From: Eledone cirrhosa
Lineage: Eukaryota
DNA: 64,000 bases
Direction: 5' to 3'
Assembly: GCA_964016885.1 (NCBI GenBank)
Contig: OZ024758.1
Location: forward strand, 28,272,001 to 28,336,000
Both the position numbers and the translations under genes were made by a program. The notes under the pieces were generated by a model. The model worked only from the letters and a program-made list of their open reading frames with translations. It did no database searches and had not been told where the DNA came from. The stretch's first letter is position 1. Each line of letters starts with the position of its first letter. This document shows positions 53,650 through 64,000 of the stretch, in pieces.

Positions 53650-56500
53650 ATATTATGTGAGATAATTATGTGAGGTAAAGCCTTTACTGTCAAAATACAA
53701 TAGTATATATAGAGTAATGTAAATGTTATGTGAGATATTGTGTGAGGTAAAGCCTTTACTGTGAAAATACAATAGTATATATAGAGTAATGTAAATGTTA
53801 TGTGAGATATTATGTGAGGTAAAGCATTTACTGTGAAAATACAATAGTATGTATAGAGTAATGTAAATGTTATGTGAGATATTGTGTGAGGTAAAGCCTT
53901 TATCATGAAAATACAATAGTATCATCATCATCATCATCACTAGCATGGGTTAGACGGGTTGTCCTGTTGTGGGCAGTGTCTGGTCGGCTGACCATGCCTT
54001 GCTCATACAGGAACTGATTTGGCTTGATTTCTACAGCTGGATGCCCTTCCTAACACCAACCTCATTTACAGTGAGTGCTGGGTGCTTTTTCGTGGCGCCT
54101 ACACGTCCACTTTACAGTGTGGGCTGGGTGCTTTTTTGCCGTGGCACCTCCACGACCACCTTGCAGTGGGAGAGTGTGAGGGCATATTGTCTATATGCTT
54201 CAGCTTGTACCCATGGGAGGTCGGGTACTCTGTATTACTGCGTGACGCCAGAGGTCACGGTTGTGTGTCATCACCTTTGAGAGGTGTAATTGGGTAAGGT
54301 CGGCTTTTATCACCTCATCCCAGGTCTTCTTGGGTCTCCCCACTCCGCGGTTTCCATTGACTTCTAGTGCTCTGCACCTTTTTATGCAGCTGTCATCCTT
54401 CATACGCATCACATGTCCATACCAACGCAACCGCCTCTCCTGCACACAGCATTTGATTCCTCTTATGCTCAGTCTCTCTCTCAATTCATTTATGCTTTGT
54501 CGTTCGCATATATTACTATTACACATCCATCGGAGCATACAGGCTTCGTTTCTTTCTAATCTACGTAAGTCTTCCACCTTCAGCGCCCAGGTCTCACTAC
54601 CATGTAACATTGCTGTTCGGATACATGCATCATACAGTCTGCCTTTCATTTTGAGGGAGAAGCCTTTTGCAGCTAGCAGTGGCAGTAGTTCCCTGAACTT
54701 CTTCCATCCCGTTCTTACCCTAGTTATTGTACTTTCTGAACACCCACCTCCGCTGCTAATTCGGTCACCTAGGTAGCAGAAGCTGTCTACTGTTTCTACA
54801 GAGCCCTCCCAGAGTTTGGTGGTACTTGTTTCCTGTGGCTGTTTGCTGCTTGCTGTCTCAGCACAGCTGCTGCATGTGAAGCCTACATTCTTAATTAAGC
54901 TTCCTGAGATCCCGCTACATCTCTTGTGTACCCATTGTTTGCATTTGGGGCAGAGAATGGAGTTCCTACCTACACCTTTCCTACATACTGAGCAAGGCCA
55001 TTTCCCTGAGGGGATCTGGGTTCTGTTTTCTCGTCTACTTACAAGGACCTTAGTCTTTGTCATGTTGACTTTGACACCCTTTCTTTCTAGTCCCTGCTTC
55101 CAAGTTTGGAATTTCTTCTCTAGTTCTACCATAGATTCAGCTATAAGTGTGAGGTCATCAGCATACAGGAGTTCCCATGGGCATCCGGTCTTAAACTCCT
55201 CCGTTATTGCCTGCAGGAATATGATGAACAGGAGAGGGCTAAGAACAGAGCCCTGGTGGACACCAACCTGTACGCTAAATTCTTCGCTATACTCATTGCT
55301 AATCCTAACTTTGCTGACTGCTCCCCTATACATGGCTTGTACAGCTTTCACAAGCCATTCATCTACTCCTAGTTTTCTAAGAGCCCACCAGATTACAGCA
55401 CGTGGAACTCTGTCAAAGGCTTTCTCGAGATCGACGAATGCCAGGTAGAGTGGCTTACTTTTAGCTAGGTACTTTTCCTGTAATTGCCTCACAAGGAAGA
55501 GGGCATCAGTGGTACCTCTTCCTGGTACAAACCCAAATTGCATCTCATCTAGTTTCACCCGGTCCCTAATCAACTGTGCTATAACTCTTTCTGTTACTTT
55601 CATGACCTGGTCCATCAGTTTTATACCTCTATAGTTGCCTCTATCTAGTGCATCACCTTTACCTTTGTAGCAGTTGACAATGATGCTACTGCATAGAGTA
55701 ATGTAAATGTTATGTGAGATATTATGTAAGGTAAAGCCTTTACTGTGAAAATACAATAGTATATATAGAGTAATGTAGATGTTATGTGAGATATTATGTA
55801 AGGTAAAGCCTTTACTGTGAAAATACAATAGTATATATAGAGTAATGTAGATGTTATGTGAGATATTATGTAAGGTAAAGCCTTTACTGTGAAAATACAA
55901 TAGTATATATAGAGTAATGTAGATGTTATGTGAGATATTATGTAAGGTAAAGCCTTTACTGTGAAAATACAATAGTATATATAGAGTAATGTAGATGTTA
56001 TGTGAGATATTATGTAAGGTAAAGCCTTTACTGTGAAAATACAATAGTATATATAGAGTAATGTAAATGTTATGTGAGATATTATGTAAGGTAAAGCCTT
56101 TACTGTGAAAATACAATAGTATATATAGAGTAATGTAAATGTTATGTGAGATATTATGTGAGGTAAAGCCTTTACTGTGAAAATACAATAGTATATATAG
56201 AGTAATGTAGATGTTATGTGAGATATTATGTAAGGTAAAGCCTTTACTGTGAAAATACAATAGTATATATAGAGTAATGTAGATGTTATGTGAGATATTA
56301 TGTAAGGTAAAGCCTTTACTGTGAAAATACAATAGTATATATAGAGTAATGTAAATGTTATGTGAGATATTATGTAAGGTAAAGCCTTCACTGTGAAAAT
56401 ACAATAGTATATATAGAGTAATGTAAATGTTATGTGAGATATTATGTGAGGTAAAGCCTTCACTGTGAAAATACAATAGTATATATAGAGTAATGTAAAT
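53650..56500. repeat. 72 bp tandem repeat (~4 units left, ~11 units right of the RTE insertion)
   Basis: Unit gtaaatgttatgtgagatattatgtaaggtaaagcctttactgtgaaaatacaatagtatatatagagtaat at 53650-53921 and 55693-56500. Confidence 0.95.
53922..55692 (-). mobile_element. 5'-truncated RTE family B copy with open RT frame
   Basis: Uninterrupted from SSIIVNCYKGKG to the stop at 54200; YADD intact; PHD finger present; (cat)n tail; distinct from family A in protein and 3' UTR. Confidence 0.95.
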
Positions 56501-56597
56501 GGTAAAGGGTTAATGATGCAGTCACATTAACTTTGGTTTCACAATAACACTAAGTATGTTTATATAGACATCATATACTGAGTTAGCAAATAATAAT

Positions 56598-56810
56598 TTC
56601 TGATTCAGGAACAAAACCAATAATTTTTCGGGAGAGAAGAAAATCGATTAAATCAACCCCAATGTGTTACTGGTACTTTATTTATTGACTCCATAAGGAT
56701 TTAGGCAAAGTCAACCGCGACAGGATTTGAACTCAGAACGTAAAGGGCCATAACTCTACGCCACGAAGCCGAATGTCCGATGCTCTACCGACACTACTAA
56801 TCCACCACCA
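56598..56810 (-). mobile_element. S1-related SINE (longer variant)
   Basis: Central and B-box motifs on the minus strand. Confidence 0.75.
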
Positions 56811-57099
56811 TTAGGAAAATCTTTATAATTAACTTTGTCTCATTTATTCTTATCTTTATTTTTCTTTCACCTCATTCATCTATTTCCTTTCTTCTTCACT
56901 AATCACTTCTGTCAATCAAGCTCAATAATGTGATTGATTTTCTTTTAGAAATCTAGCTTTAAAAAGAATTGATTTAATTCAGTATTTTCTGGTTATGTAA
57001 AGTTTTCACAGGTTACATAATGTATAGAGGAGGTATATTAAATATATGGGGGGGCGGGGGGGGTATCAGGTGGAAAGATGTTGGGATGGAGAGGACCTG

Positions 57100-58110
57100 T
57101 CAAACCCATGCTAGCATGGAAATATGGATGTGATGATGATGGTGGCGGTGGTGGTGGTGGTGGTGGTGGTGGTGGTGGTGATTGTGGTGGGGGGGGGGGG
57201 TGATGGGGGTGAGGATGGTGGTGGTGGTGATTGTGGTGGTGGTGATGGTGGTGGTGGTGATGATGGGGGGGGGGGGGTGATGGTGGTGGGGGTGATGGGG
57301 ATGATGATGGTGGCGGTGGTGATGGTGGTGGTGATGATGATGATGATGGGGGTGATTGTGGTGGGGGTGATGGTGGTGGGGGTGATGGGGGTGAGGATGG
57401 GGGTGGTGATTGTGGTGGGGGTGATGGTAGTGAGGATGATGATGATGGTGGTGGAATGATGATAGTGATGGTGGTGGTGGTGGTGATGGTGGTGATGATG
57501 ATGATGGGGGTGATTGTGGTGGGGGTGATGGTGGTGGGGGTGATGGGGATGATGATGGTGGCGGTGGTGATGGTGGTGGTGATGATGATGATGATGGGGG
57601 TGATTGTGGTGGGGGTGATGGTGGTGGGGGTGATGGGGGTGAGGATGGGGGTGGTGATTGTGGTGGGGGTGATGGTAGTGAGGATGATGATGATGGTGGT
57701 GGAATGATGATAGTGATGGTGGTGGTGGTGGTGATGGTGGTGATGATGATGATGGGGGTGATTGTATTGGGGGTGATGGTGGTGGGTGGGGTGGGGGTGA
57801 GGATGGTGGTGGGGGTGGTGATTGTGGTGGGGGTGATGGTGGTGAGGATGATGATGATGGTGGTGGAATGATGATAGTGATGGTGGTGGTGATGATGATG
57901 ATGATGATGATGATGATGGTGTTGATGGTGGTGGCGGTGGGGGTGGTGGGGGTGGTGATGATGATGATGATGGTGTTGATGGTGATGGGGGTGGATGCTG
58001 CTGCTGCTGCTGCTGTTGATGATGATGATAAGGGTGGATGCTGCTGCTGTTGATGATGCTGATGATGAGGGTGGATGCTGCTGCCACTACTACTGCTGCT
58101 GTTGATGATT
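57100..58110 (+). repeat. Short RTE 3' end followed by ~1 kb of compound (GGT/GAT)n repeat
   Basis: aaacccatgctagcatggaa...gatgtgatgatgat at 57100-57140 matches RTE termini; the tract contains an internally duplicated block of ~250 bp. Confidence 0.88.
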
Positions 58111-58337
58111 ACAACAGTAGCTCAGGATAGCAAATGGCCTCTCCCAGGTTATATCACTAGATATACAGGAGTTAACCTACATAAAGGGATCAACAGGAGG
58201 TAAAAGATGTCAAACTGTTGCTAATATATTATTTCCTTTTATGGCTTTATTGGATTAGTTATTGGAGAGAAGATCTTTTATAGTGACACGTTGTCATCTG
58301 AGGAGACGGGACTTTAGACCAGTTATAGTTAATCTAT

Positions 58338-58518
<181 letters not shown>

Positions 58519-58975
58519 TCTAGAGTAGTGTAAAATTTGAACAAAGTAGGTTGATTAATGTGGGAGCTAGAGCCGAAAAAGTGGAAATTTGAGTCTAAAA
58601 ATGATATTTTTGAATATTTAAGCGGCTGCCACGCAGTCCCTGAACAACAAATGCAAAATATAAAGCCATTACAGGATGTGCAATGATAAATTCTATTTTG
58701 CTTTAAAATTTGAATGAAATCGGTGGCAAAATGTGGGAGCTAGAGCCAAAAATCTTATTTATCGATACTAAAAAAAGGTGACCACCCCCTATCGATTTTT
58801 ATCTGCAGAATGACCCCGGAATAAAAAAAACGATACACTGATATATAGAAAACACTCCCCGATGACTAATCTATGAGCCTGTAAAGTTTCATGACAATCG
58901 GTTGTAAGATGTAGGTCCCTATAGGTAATACACAGACACACAGGCACACATACTTACTTAATTTTATATATATAC
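58519..58975 (+). mobile_element. Possible non-autonomous Helitron/Helentron-type element
   Basis: Starts tctagag; internal repeat aatgtgggagctagagcc twice; ends aagtttcatgacaatcgg...acagacacaca...ttttatatatat. Resemblance to such elements is from memory only. Confidence 0.35.
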
Positions 58976-58980
58976 ATATA

Positions 58981-59300
58981 TCATCATCATCATCATCATC
59001 ACCGTTTTACGTCCGTTCTTCCACGCTAGCATGGGTTAGACGGGTTGTCCTGTTGTGGGCAGTGTCTGGTCGGCTGACCATGCCTTGCTCATACAGGAAC
59101 TGATCTGGCTTGATTTCTACAGCTGGATGCCCTTCCTAACACCAACCTCATTTACAGTGAGCGCTGGGTGCTTATTCTGTGGCGCCTACACGTCCACTTT
59201 ACAGTGCGGGCTGGATGCCTTTTTGCCGTGGCACCTCCACGACCACCTTGCAGTAGGAGAGTGTGAGGGCATATTGTCTATATGCTTCAGCTTGTACCCA
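58981..59300 (-). mobile_element. RTE family B 3' UTR fragment
   Basis: Near identical to 53922-54212, with the (cat)n tail. Confidence 0.92.
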
Positions 59301-59331
59301 ATAGTTATGTAATAAACAACATAAGATAATT

Positions 59332-59406
59332 ATTTCATTTACCAAAGGTTTCACGAAGACAGAGGAGCTTGACACAGGCGTCTGCCTTCAATCGTCAGAA
59401 TGAAAT
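59332..59406 (-). ncRNA. Type I hammerhead ribozyme motif
   Basis: Minus strand: stem I atttcatt, CTGACGA, stem II tgaaggcaga/tctgtcttcg, GAAA, stem III cc-ttt-gg, TA, stem I' aatgaaat. Confidence 0.75.
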
Positions 59407-59850
59407 TTTATTTAAAATGGAAGTGAGATATGGATTTCAAAACAAAGTCTCGGACAATTGAAAGCGAGGCTGAAATAAAATAACGGACGTAATGTAAAGA
59501 GGAAAATAATAAATGTGTATGTATATATACAAACATACATATACAAGCACATACTCATGTAGTGCACCTAATAATTCCATTATAATAATTTCATTATTAT
59601 ATTATTATTATTTTTTACGTATACTCACACATTCACACATACGTAAGTGTGCGCCTTCATGCACATACAAACACACACATATGCATGCACTCCTTTGTAT
59701 GTGCATGTAGGTACACATCTATGTATGTGTGAGTGTGTATTTGTATATATACATATAGATCATTGGCTGGGCTTGAGATCATTGGCTGGGCTAAAAAGCC
59801 ACATTCGATCGCAGCACTGTTAATTGTTAATATATATTTGTGTGCATATA

Positions 59851-60478
59851 TCATCATCATCATCATCATTATCATCACCGTTTTACGTCCGTTCTTCCAC
59901 GCTAGCATGGGTTAGACGGGTTGTCCTGTGTGGGCAGTGTCTGGTCGGCTGACCATGTCTTGCTCATACAGGAACTGATCTGGCTTGATTTCTACAGCTG
60001 GATGCCCTTCCTAACACCAACCTCATTTACAGTGAGTGCTGGGTGCTTTTTTGCCGTGGCACCTACATGTCTACTTTACAGTGCGGGCTGGGTGCTTTTT
60101 TGCCGTGGCACCTCCACGACCACCTTGCAGTGGGGGGTGTGGGGGCATATTGTCTATATGCTTCAGCTTGTACCTATGGGAGGTTGGGTACTCTGTATTA
60201 CTGCGTGATGCCAGAGGTCACGGTCATGTGTCATCGCCTTTGAGAGGTGTAATTGGGTAAGGTCGGCTTTTCACCTCATCCCAGGTCATCTTGGGTCTCC
60301 TCACTCCGCGGTTTCCATCAACTTCTAGTGCTCTGCACCTTTTTATGTAGCTGTCATCCTTCATACGCATCACATGTCCATACCAGCGCAACCGCCTCTC
60401 CTGCACACAGCATTTGATTCCTCTTATGCTCAGTCTCTCTCTCAATTCATTTATGCTTTGTCGTTCGTGTATATTACT
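59851..60478 (-). mobile_element. RTE family B 3' fragment
   Basis: Encodes RERLSIRGIKCCVQERRLRWYGHVMRMKDD plus 3' UTR and (cat)n tail. Confidence 0.93.
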
Positions 60479-60509
60479 ATGTATATATTACTATGTATAT
60501 ATTACTATG

Positions 60510-60546
<37 letters not shown>

Positions 60547-60599
60547 GTATATATATATATATATATTTTTTTTTTCCTGCAATGGTCATACTTGATAGC

Positions 60600-61000
60600 G
60601 AGGGGCCAGTCATCATGTATGCATGTCTGTATGTCAAAGGGCAGAGGAACTCAGGATACTCAACAGCCATCCAATAATGTTTTTTTTTTATCTGGAGAAA
60701 GAGACCCCTAGTCTTCCTTAAGACATCTCTCTAGGAGAAGGTCACTCTGATATAAAACCTGCGACATTGTTTGCATCCAATGAGGTAGACCAGTTCTTCT
60801 TTTTGGGTAAATACATTTGATGTTCGGATAGTGGGACTGGCTCCATGCAAAGCCTTTCCTCACTTAAAAAAGCTTCAAGCACAGGCATCACTTGATATGT
60901 AACATTTTTTGCAATGTATGGTATTGCTGGTCATGGGCAAGTCCCTAACAGGACTAGAAAGCCATGTCCATGATGCTCATACTTAAGTACCAAGTGATGG
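60600..61000 (-). mobile_element. Penelope-like element remnant (GIY-YIG endonuclease); boundaries approximate
   Basis: 60811-60740 reads FTQKEELVYLIGCKQCRRFYIRVT (compare FTCxSxNLVYLIxCxxCxxxYIGET); upstream GTCP*..HCKKC resembles the linker cysteine motif. Confidence 0.7.
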
Positions 61001-61186
61001 CATTACTTGAAATCGAGTTGCAACCATCATCATTATGTATGTTCCAAGTTGTAGACTACAGTTTTACACTTAAGTTGCTAAAATCCTACATAGATGGTGG
61101 GGTGGTACATATTTTCAATGAAAACCTCATAGACTTTATAACTCTCTCAAATTTCTTCTTTTTAGCTCCTGACAGAAAAACTAAGA

Positions 61187-61280
61187 ATAACTTTGCCTTT
61201 CATCCTTATGGGGTCGATAAAATAATGTACCAGTAATGCACTGGGGTAATTGCTAGCCTTGTGCCAAAAGTAGAAACAAT
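61187..61280 (+). mobile_element. 3' half of SINE S1
   Basis: Central region and tail only. Confidence 0.85.
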
Positions 61281-61609
61281 ATATATAAGACAAAACATAT
61301 AGCATTAGGCATTGAAAAAGTTACTGGTTAAAAAAATAATTTATTTAGATTATAATTATGTAAATTAGAACAGTATCTTGAAAAACAAATATATAAACCT
61401 AGAAAATGAAAACCAAAATAAAAAACCCCCCAAAAATGTAAGGATAACAATTCTGAGTATGGCTGCTTGTTTCTGATAAAATGACATTAAAATTCATCTG
61501 CTTGATTCAAATAGACTTTATGAATTCTTGCCATTCTTAGAACAGTTATTGTTGATTAATCAAATATATTTAAACCAAGCCAAAATCAGTTGTTTATAAG
61601 CAAGGCATG

Positions 61610-61695
61610 GCCACCTGACCTAGCATTGCCCACAACAGGACAACTCGTCTAACCCATGCCAGCGAGGAAGAATGGACGTAAAACGGTGATAATGA
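61610..61695 (+). mobile_element. RTE family B-like 3' terminus
   Basis: cccacaacaggacaactcgtctaacccatgccagcgaggaagaatggacgtaaaacggtgataatgat. Confidence 0.8.
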
Positions 61696-61992
61696 TTTAA
61701 ACCAGTGGTTCCCAACCTTTTGTGTACCATGCCCCATGTCAACATCTCAAAACTTGTTCTGTCCCCTTCTTTGATATAAAAACAGTGATGATCTACTGCA
61801 AAGTGTAAACAAATTGGCATATAGATGGTGCCAGATGTACAATAATCTGTGTGGAGGAATTGAGACAAGAGTTTCTGACAATAATATGAGAGTAGATTGA
61901 AAGGTTCATAGGCTAACTATAAAGAAGTGATGCTAGTGCTGTGAAATCTTGCATGCATTAATTTCAACTGTTATTATTAATAGCTGCGGGAG

Positions 61993-62422
61993 GGCAGTGG
62001 ATTGGCAGTATCAGTAGAGAGTCAGACACCATGATTTCAGCATAGAGTTATGACCCTTTACATTCTGAGTTCAAATCCCGCAAAGGTTAACTTTGCCTTT
62101 CATCCTTATGGGGTCGATAAAATAATGTACCAATAATGTACAGGGGGCGATTTGATCGACTCCCCCCCCCCCCCCCCCCAAATTACTGGCCTTATGGCTA
62201 TACTAGAAATCTTTATTAATAACTGCGGTCGGTGGATTGGCAGTATCGGTAGAGGGTTGGACGCCATGCTTTGCAGAAACATAGAGTTACGGCCCTTTAT
62301 GATCTGAGTTCAAATCCCGCCGAGGTTAACTTTGCCTTTCATCCTGATGGGGTCGATAAAATAATGTACCAGTAATGCACTGGGGTAATTGCTGGCCTTG
62401 TGCCAAAAGTAGAAACAATTAT
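61993..62422 (+). mobile_element. Two tandem SINEs (variant 61993-62213; S1 62230-62422)
   Basis: Two head/B-box/central sets; the first is flanked by ttattaata(g/a)ctgcgg. Confidence 0.87.
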
Positions 62423-62477
62423 ATTATGCAGACACATTGAGACATTTGAAATTTGTCATTAATTACTAATCAAAAAC

Positions 62478-62687
62478 AACAATCCCAGTGGAAGGAAGAC
62501 ACAGTAGAGGAAGACCATGAAAACCATGGGTGGAGGTGGTGAGGGATGACCTCAGATCGCTGAAGCTCACAGAGGAGATGACAAAGGACCATGACAAATG
62601 GAGAGATGCTGTGCTGAAAAGGACCCGTCCCACCCTTGCAAGCAGGGAAAAGCAGACGTAAAATGATGATGATGGTGATGATGATGA
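62478..62687 (+). mobile_element. RTE C-terminal remnant with tail
   Basis: TIPVEGRHSRGRP*KPWVEVVRDDLRSLKLTEEMTKDHDKWRDAVLKRTRP then (gat)n. Confidence 0.88.
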
Positions 62688-62795
62688 ACAGGCTAGGAAC
62701 AAAGTTAGATTTACTCATCATATTTCAACTGACATTTGCAGCAACAAGCTACAACTACCAATAAATCAAACTCAGATAATAGTGCAGCCAACCAA

Positions 62796-64000
62796 AAACT
62801 ACACACTACTATATCTTCTACTAAAACTACACACTACTATGACTTCTACTAAAACTACACACTACTATGACTTCTACTAAAACTACACACTACTATATCT
62901 TCTACTAAAACTACACACTACTATATCTTCTACTAAAACTACACACTACTATATCTTCTACTAAAACTACACACTACTATATCTTCTACTAAAACTACAC
63001 ACTACTATATCTTCTACTAAAACTACACACTACTATATCTTCTACTAAAACTACACACTACTATATCTTCTACTAAAACTACACACTACTATATCTTCTA
63101 CTAAAACTACACACTACTATATCTTCTACTAAAACTACACACTACTATATCTTCTACTAAAACTACACACTACTATGACTTCTACTAAAACTACACACTA
63201 CTATGACTTCTACTAAAACTACACACTACTATATCTTCTACTTAAACTACACACTACTATATCTTCTACTAAAACTACACACTACTATGACTTCTACTAA
63301 AACTACACACTACTATATCTTCTACTTAAACTACACACTACTATGACTTCTACTAAAACTACACACTACTATATCTTCTACTAAAACTACACACTACTAT
63401 GACTTCTACTAAAACTACACACTACTATATCTTCTACTAAAACTACACACTACTATGACTTCTACTAAAACTACACACTACTATATCTTCTACTAAAACT
63501 ACACACTACTATATCTTCTACTAAAACTACACACTACTATATCTTATACTAAAACTACACACTACTATATCTTATACTAAAACTACACACTACTATATCT
63601 TATACTAAAACTACACACTACTATATCTTATACTAAAACTACACACTACTATATCTTATACTAAAACTACACACTACTATATCTTCTACTAAAACTACAC
63701 ACTACTATATCTTCTACTAAAACTACACACTACTATGACTTCTACTAAAACTACACACTACTATGACTTCTACTAAAACTACACACTACTATATCTTCTA
63801 CTAAAACTACACACTACTATATCTTCTACTAAAACTACACACTACTATGACTTCTACTAAAACTACACACTACTATATCTTCTACTAAAACTACACACTA
63901 CTATATCTTCTACTTAAACTACACACTACTATGACTTCTACTAAAACTACACACTACTATATCTTCTACTAAAACTACACACTACTATATCTTCTACTAA
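62796..64000. repeat. 28 bp tandem repeat, at least 43 copies, runs off the window
   Basis: Unit aaaactacacactactatatcttctact, with a tatgact variant. Confidence 0.98.

Larger units (their letters stand above)
53513..56509. mobile_element. piggyBac-like MITE expanded by an internal 72 bp array and an RTE insertion
   Basis: TTAA-ccctttagcattt at 53509 and aaatggtaaaggg-TTAA ending at 56513; both ends collinear with the 221 bp MITE. Confidence 0.87.

Noticed and set aside
54200-56476. 758 aa repeat-RT fusion protein
   Set aside because: Chance in-frame junction of a stop-free 72 bp repeat with a 5'-truncated RTE; non-ATG start and no endonuclease domain.

Overview
Repeat-dominated eukaryotic (animal) DNA. 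The SINE and RTE families look cephalopod/octopus-like, but that is my inference. No host gene is confidently identified; two small candidate terminal exons lie at about 10.5 kb. The window holds: several RTE-clade LINE families (one near full-length APE+RT copy with a PHD-type zinc finger inside the RT region, two 5'-truncated RT copies, many remnants); about 18 tRNA-type SINE copies; four TTAA-flanked piggyBac-like MITEs; Gypsy, Penelope, Ingi-like and Helitron-like remnants; and large tandem arrays with 43, 51, 70, 72 and 28 bp units. Main result: the two biggest arrays (51 bp x ~180, 9.2 kb; 70 bp x ~268, 18.8 kb) are independent in-situ amplifications of the same short motif (L[Y/H]GSETW) from the C-terminal part of the RTE reverse transcriptase ORF, in two different dead RTE copies on opposite strands, with the host ORF still readable in the flanks. 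The 43 bp array appears to sit inside a Gypsy integrase remnant and the 72 bp array inside a MITE, and two-copy duplications show the first step of the process. A complete type I hammerhead ribozyme fold lies downstream of a Penelope GIY-YIG remnant, and half of a second one lies at the window start. All calls were made by eye; boundaries of degenerate elements are approximate.
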